Positions 15,897 to 20,822 of a stretch of 20,822 bases of DNA are shown here, in pieces. Source of the DNA: Candidatus Latescibacterota bacterium (GTDB lineage Bacteria > Latescibacterota > UBA2968). The stretch covers positions 1 to 20,822 of the forward strand of contig JAYODI010000014.1 of assembly GCA_038279365.1 (NCBI GenBank), written 5' to 3'. How positions within the stretch are numbered: the stretch's first letter is position 1; each line of letters begins with the position of its first letter. A model generated the notes under the pieces. It did not search any database, was not told the DNA's origin, and saw only the letters and a program-made list of their open reading frames with translations. A program made the position numbers and the translations under genes.

Positions 15897-16814
15897 ATGG
15901 ATTTTCTATTTCAAGGTGCGCATTACACCATAGAGGCACATGCTGGGCATCAAAGGTTGTTGCACATACAACTTAAAGAAAAAGCACTCCAAACATTTTT
16001 GGAGGCCACAAAGGCCATGACAGAACAGCATTTGTCTTATGTGCCTTATTTGAGATTGATCGCTGCAGACACCTTAAACACTGTATTGGGAGATCATTTT
16101 TCAGATCGCGTACAAGGTATTGTTTTGGATCGTGCAACGGGCGGGTTCACTTTGTCAGTAGAGCAAGCGTTGACTCTCGATCAGCAGGTGGCACTTGGCA
16201 CGGCGATTTCGCATTTGATTGGAATTCCAAATTTTGATGATATGACAAACAAGTTTTACGCCATTTTTGAAGTGCGCGATACCGATACCAGTGACTCTTA
16301 TTTGCGGCAAGCCTATCGGTTGTTCACATTGCATACCGATGGCACATATGTAACAGAGCCAACCCATTGGATTTTGATGATGAAGATGGCCGAAGTGCAT
16401 GCCAAGGGGGGGGAATCTCGGTTGTTGCATTTGGATGATTGGGAAGATTTGGATCGATTTTCCAAAGACCCGTTGGCCAATTATGCATTTGATTACAAGT
16501 CGCCACCGAGCAAGAATTATGCAAAAACGGTCAAAAAAACGACATTTTTTGAGCGCAACGGCCACCCTTGTGTTTGTTTTATCGATCAATTTGTTTATCC
16601 CGAAACAATTGCTGAAGCCAAGTATTTAAACGATTTATCTGCATCCATGGAAGCGTCCTCTGCTACGGTTGAGTTGCCATTGCCTATCAATCACTTGGTG
16701 GTATTAAACAATGATTTTTGGTTACATGGCAGAGCACCATTTCAGAAACATCCAGACTTAAGCCGAATTATGATGCGACAGCGTGGTTATTTTCGGCAAG
16801 GGGGGGGCGGGTGA
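15897..16814 (+). CDS. glaH: Glutarate 2-hydroxylase (CsiD/GlaH), Fe(II)/2-oxoglutarate dioxygenase
   Basis: SDSYLRQAYR.FTLHTDGTYV (HxD), LMMK, GGESRLLHLDDWE, FIDQF, NN.FWLHGR and RQRGYF match CsiD; GGAGG RBS. Confidence 0.92.
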   Translation: MDFLFQGAHYTIEAHAGHQRLLHIQLKEKALQTFLEATKAMTEQHLSYVPYLRLIAADTLNTVLGDHFSDRVQGIVLDRATGGFTLSVEQALTLDQQVALGTAISHLIGIPNFDDMTNKFYAIFEVRDTDTSDSYLRQAYRLFTLHTDGTYVTEPTHWILMMKMAEVHAKGGESRLLHLDDWEDLDRFSKDPLANYAFDYKSPPSKNYAKTVKKTTFFERNGHPCVCFIDQFVYPETIAEAKYLNDLSASMEASSATVELPLPINHLVVLNNDFWLHGRAPFQKHPDLSRIMMRQRGYFRQGGGG

Positions 16815-17836
16815 GTATTGGGAAGTTGCCAGCAGAAGAATTGGTGAGGCGCATTCGCAAGATTCATCATGAAATACGCGCAATGGTTTTGGCCCATATT
16901 GCCAAGCAAGATTTGCAAACATTATCGGTTGTGGCAGGTGAAACATCAGGGGATACCCTATATGCGATTGATCGGGTCAGCGAAGATGGATTGTTGGCGC
17001 TTTTTGAGCGTGAATTTTCCGATGACACTGCCATAATTTTGATTGGTGAAGGTTTACCCGAACAGGGCAAAGTGATTCCTGCCCATATCAGACGAGAAGA
17101 TGCGCCATATCGGGTGATTGTCGATCCCATTGATGGCACCAGGGGCCTGATGTATGACAAACGCAGTGCTTGGATATTAACCGGAGTTGCAGAAAACAAA
17201 GGCGAAGCAACATCGTTAAAAGATATATTTGCAGCTGTTCAAACCGAAATTCCCACAACCAAACAGTTTCGTTCGGATGCGCTGTGGGCCATTCGGGGGC
17301 AAGGGTGGGAAGCGGAAGGCTACAATGTTTTAAATAATGAGACATTACCCATTTTTTTGCAGCCTTCAAAGGCCACTTCCATAGAACACGGCTTTGCCAT
17401 GATCGCACGCTTTTTTCAGGGTGGGAAACCCTTATTGGCACAGATTGAAGAAACATTGGTTGAGCGATTGATCGGGCCAGTTATCCCCGGAAAAGCAAGA
17501 TTGTTTGAAGATCAGTATATTAGTAGTGGGGGGCAGTTTTATGAACTTATGGTTGGGCATGATCGGTTTAATGCCGATTTGCGCCCCCTTATAGAAGATG
17601 CGCTTCGTTCAAATGGTCAAGCGTTGGGAATTTGTTGCCATCCATATGATGTTTGCACCCATATTATTGCACTGGAGATGGGTGTGTGTGTTGAAAAACC
17701 CAATGGACAATCTTTGGATGCGCCTCTAAATACTACCCATCCAGTAGCCTGGGTGGGGTATGGGAACCAGAAACTTCGAGAGGTCATTGCACCTGTTTTA
17801 AAGGATATTTTGAATGAACAAGGGGTGTTGGTTTAA
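16811..17836 (+). CDS. Inositol monophosphatase (FIG superfamily) protein
   Basis: GDTLYAID, IGEG, IVDPIDGT metal-binding motif and HPYD; GTG start overlaps the glaH stop (GTGA), preceded by AAGGGGG. Confidence 0.8.
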   Translation: MSIGKLPAEELVRRIRKIHHEIRAMVLAHIAKQDLQTLSVVAGETSGDTLYAIDRVSEDGLLALFEREFSDDTAIILIGEGLPEQGKVIPAHIRREDAPYRVIVDPIDGTRGLMYDKRSAWILTGVAENKGEATSLKDIFAAVQTEIPTTKQFRSDALWAIRGQGWEAEGYNVLNNETLPIFLQPSKATSIEHGFAMIARFFQGGKPLLAQIEETLVERLIGPVIPGKARLFEDQYISSGGQFYELMVGHDRFNADLRPLIEDALRSNGQALGICCHPYDVCTHIIALEMGVCVEKPNGQSLDAPLNTTHPVAWVGYGNQKLREVIAPVLKDILNEQGVLV

Positions 17837-20288
17837 AATTTATAAATATCTATGTGTGGTTACTTCGTTGCTGTTGTTTTGCGTGGGGAAAGTATATGGC
17901 GACAATCAAGGTTTGATTGCTCAAGTACACGGTCAATTGGCCTATATTTCTGGACTAAACGGAGATGTGGCACTTTGGAGTCGCTTAAAAGTAGTTGGGC
18001 CAAATGGCACAAGTGGTGGTGAATTGGAAGTAATTAAAGTTTTGGATAATCAGATTATTGCTTGTGCCTGTTCTCCCAATGTCAAATTGATCCCTAAATC
18101 TGTTGTGCATTTGATGCCAAGTGTCGAAACAAAAAGGGCTCTGCGCGACATTGAGGCGGTTTCAGTACCCGTTGGCCCTAAGTTGGATGGCCATTTAGAT
18201 GATGTTGTTTGGGAATCGGCTAAATCTATTGAGGGTTTTGTGCAACGAGATCCTGGTTATTGGGTTCCTGTTTCGGAGCGCACTGTTGTAAGAATTGTAT
18301 ATGATAAAGACGCGCTTTATTTTGGTTTTGAGTGTTTTTCTTCGGATATGTCCACATTGGTGGCTAACAATATGCGTCATGATTCAGAAATATGGGGTGA
18401 TGATAATGTGCAAATATTGTTAGATACATATAACGATCGTCAAACAGGGTTCTTTTTCTTTATTAACCCATTGGGTGCAAAACGAGATTTGATGCTTTCA
18501 GATGAGGGGCGTTCCTACAATGAAGATTGGGATTGTAACTGGGAAGTAAAAACACAAAAACACGCAGATCGGTGGACAGCCGAAGTCAAAATCCCATTTG
18601 ATCAATTGCGGTTTAAAAATGATGGCAACATGACTTGGGGGATTAATTTGGCCCGATTTATCCCGTCCAAAAATGAAGAATCACAGTTGGTTGTTGGGCG
18701 CAAGTCTTCTTCAAGCAGAGCCCGATATTGGATGTCTGATATTGGTGAACTGCATGGTTTGGGGGCAGTTAAAAGCAAAAGGTTGTTTCAGGTAAAGCCT
18801 TATGTTTTGCCGGGTACGAGTCGCAACTACAATGTGCTGGGAGCAAGCGAGGATCCCGTATTTGAAACGGGCTTGGATGTGCGCTATGGTTTGACATCCA
18901 ATTTGACTTTGGATGTGTCTTATAATACCGATTTTGCCCAGGTTGAAGGTGATCAAGAACAAGTTAATCTGTCTCAATTTCAACTTTTTTTTCCTGAAAA
19001 ACGCGAGTTTTTTTTGGAAGGGGCTAACCTGTTTGATTTTGGTGAAGCCGCAGAAACGCGTGGTGGCGATGACAAACCCCCAACCATTTTGTTTTACAGC
19101 CGCAATGTGGGGCTGGAGGGCAAGCGACAGGTGCCTATTTTGTTGGGGACAAAACTTACTGGAAAAACTGGAAGAACGAGCATTGGTGCCTTAAATGTGG
19201 TTACGGGTGATGCCCAGTTTAATGATCCGACGGGTGTGACCACTTTGCCAAAAAGCAATTATTCGGTTGTGCGCCTCAAGCAAGATGTGTTTGCACGGTC
19301 GAATGTGGGGGTTATTTTTGTTAACAAAATGACGGATGGGGTGGGCAATAACCCCTATAATCGCGCAGGGGGTATCGATTTTAGTTTTTCACCGTCTGCA
19401 TCACTCAATTTGCAAGGGTTTGTGGCACGCACCTGGGATTCTACAATAGGTGATGCCGACGATGCTCGTTTTGCACGTGCCGTATATCAAGGTAGTGTTT
19501 TTTCATCAAAGCTTAGTTTTTTAGATGTGGAAGATCATTTTGATCCCGTGGTGGGGTTTGTAAATCGGCGCAATAGTTTGCCTGGTTTTAGACGCTATCA
19601 AGCAAATGCACGTGTCAGGCCTCGGTCTCCTTTTGAAAATGTTCGCACCATTTCAATTGGCCCAGAAGTTGAAGTTTTTACAGATCGAAATAACAATGTG
19701 AAATATTGGGAGGCAGAAGCTTCGTGGTGGACACAATTTGAGAGTGCCGATTGGTATCGGGTGGAGTTTCGGCGGCGTTATGATGTGGTGGCATCTGGAT
19801 TTCGCCCTTCCAAACGCAAACCAACCTTAGCCATTCCTGCCGGTACGTACACGTTTAATACATTTTCAACGGGACCATCAACAAGTCGATCTCGCAAAGA
19901 TCGGCTGTCTGCTTCTTTCGAAGCTGGAGGCTATTATACAGGGAAACGATATGAAATTTCATTTAACAACACATATCGACCAACTGGACAATTGGCATTA
20001 GAAACAGAATACGAAGTTAATTGGTTGCGCCTGCCACAAGGAAATGCTACCATTCAAACCCTGAGTAATCGCTTGATATATGCCTTTAATACGGAGTTTT
20101 TTGTTAAATTATTTGCACAATGGAATAATGATTCGCAACAAATGAGTGCCAATTTTTTAGTCAGCTACCGTTATCGGCCAGGAAGTGATATATTTTTGGT
20201 GTTTGATCATGGATTTGATACACAAAGGGGTGTTGAAAAACAAAGTCGGGCAGTGTTGTTAAAGGTGTCTTATCTCTTAGGATTGTGA
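17814..20288 (+). CDS. Exported CBM9-like sugar-binding domain plus DUF5916 (outer-membrane beta-barrel-like) protein
   Basis: Signal-like N-terminus; PKLDGHLDDVVW, LDTYND, INPLG, WTAEVKIPF.QLRF and WGIN (CBM9-like); NTDFAQVE, FFPEKREFFLEG and FYSR (DUF5916); terminal LLKVSY strand. Confidence 0.85.
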   Translation: MNKGCWFKIYKYLCVVTSLLLFCVGKVYGDNQGLIAQVHGQLAYISGLNGDVALWSRLKVVGPNGTSGGELEVIKVLDNQIIACACSPNVKLIPKSVVHLMPSVETKRALRDIEAVSVPVGPKLDGHLDDVVWESAKSIEGFVQRDPGYWVPVSERTVVRIVYDKDALYFGFECFSSDMSTLVANNMRHDSEIWGDDNVQILLDTYNDRQTGFFFFINPLGAKRDLMLSDEGRSYNEDWDCNWEVKTQKHADRWTAEVKIPFDQLRFKNDGNMTWGINLARFIPSKNEESQLVVGRKSSSSRARYWMSDIGELHGLGAVKSKRLFQVKPYVLPGTSRNYNVLGASEDPVFETGLDVRYGLTSNLTLDVSYNTDFAQVEGDQEQVNLSQFQLFFPEKREFFLEGANLFDFGEAAETRGGDDKPPTILFYSRNVGLEGKRQVPILLGTKLTGKTGRTSIGALNVVTGDAQFNDPTGVTTLPKSNYSVVRLKQDVFARSNVGVIFVNKMTDGVGNNPYNRAGGIDFSFSPSASLNLQGFVARTWDSTIGDADDARFARAVYQGSVFSSKLSFLDVEDHFDPVVGFVNRRNSLPGFRRYQANARVRPRSPFENVRTISIGPEVEVFTDRNNNVKYWEAEASWWTQFESADWYRVEFRRRYDVVASGFRPSKRKPTLAIPAGTYTFNTFSTGPSTSRSRKDRLSASFEAGGYYTGKRYEISFNNTYRPTGQLALETEYEVNWLRLPQGNATIQTLSNRLIYAFNTEFFVKLFAQWNNDSQQMSANFLVSYRYRPGSDIFLVFDHGFDTQRGVEKQSRAVLLKVSYLLGL

Positions 20289-20335
20289 TGTTGCACAAAG
20301 ACAGACAACATGTTTTCAAAAGTGAATGGACATCA

Positions 20336-20367
20336 AAAAATCCCACGACAGTTGCCGTGGGATTTTT
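20336..20367. terminator. Bidirectional intrinsic terminator
   Basis: AAAAATCCCACG / CGTGGGATTTTT 12-bp inverted repeat between convergent genes. Confidence 0.85.
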
Positions 20368-20390
20368 ATTGTTGGGAATATGAACACTCT

Positions 20391-20759
20391 TTAAGCCGTT
20401 AATGTATCAACGACCTGAAGAAACTCTTTGTTTTTAAATGGTTTTGGAAAAGAATGATTGGCCCCCAGATCCAATGCCATTTGGAGATAACCGAGACCAT
20501 CGGGATGGGTACCCCCGCCAGATAAGGCAATGATTTTAATATCAGGTGATTCTTTACGCATTTCTCTAATGGTTTGCATGCCTTCTTTTTCTGGCATTAA
20601 AATGTCAGTAATCACCAAGTTGGGTTTTGTTTTTTGAAAGAGGTCAAAGCCTGTTTGTCCATCATTGGCTTCCAATATTTCGTGCCCTTTATGAGCAAGC
20701 AGATCAAGAAGCATGCTTCGAAACAGGTTGTCATCATCAATGATCAGAATTTTTGCCAT
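20391..20759 (-). CDS. Single-domain response regulator (CheY-like receiver)
   Basis: KILIIDDD, VITDILMP (phospho-acceptor Asp), ALSG and KPF motifs; 122 aa; AGGA RBS. Confidence 0.92.
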   Translation of the reverse strand: MAKILIIDDDNLFRSMLLDLLAHKGHEILEANDGQTGFDLFQKTKPNLVITDILMPEKEGMQTIREMRKESPDIKIIALSGGGTHPDGLGYLQMALDLGANHSFPKPFKNKEFLQVVDTLTA

Positions 20760-20822
20760 AATTATTTTTCCTATTTTTTAGCAGAAAAAGATAGATATAA
20801 ATATAACAGGATAAGAATGGCA

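Noticed and set aside
1-20822. CRISPR arrays, IS or prophage genes, tRNA/rRNA, defence systems
   Set aside because: No repeat-spacer periodicity, no transposase or integrase motifs, and no RNA-gene signatures were seen; the remaining intergenic gaps are short

Overview
Bacterial chromosomal window, mostly housekeeping, with no mobile element, CRISPR array, rRNA or tRNA detected. It may come from an FCB-superphylum lineage such as Ca. Latescibacterota; this is inferred from a cohesin plus FlgD-Ig/T9SS-type secreted protein and a CBM9/DUF5916 protein. Gene order: tetrapyrrole operon (ccsA/hemX-like, sirC-like, hemA, hemC, cobA-hemD fusion); secreted cohesin-FlgD protein; Gfo/Idh/MocA oxidoreductase; an unannotated 51-aa two-TM ORF; DUF402 protein; purN-mreB-mreC; NADH:flavin oxidoreductase (minus); D-2-hydroxyacid dehydrogenase; a stand-alone flgC with a sigma54 promoter; asd (minus) under a lysine riboswitch; divergent glaH/csiD, IMPase-family and CBM9/DUF5916 genes; and a receiver-domain protein (minus). 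The most interesting observations are: (1) a modular hairpin RNA with C/U-rich anti-Shine-Dalgarno-like loops in the flgC 3' region, a candidate flagellar sRNA; (2) lysine-riboswitch asd placed head-to-head with the lysine-catabolic glaH; (3) a riboswitch antiterminator that appears to pair with the 5' strand of the aptamer; (4) the unannotated small membrane protein. All family calls come from motif recognition, not database searches.
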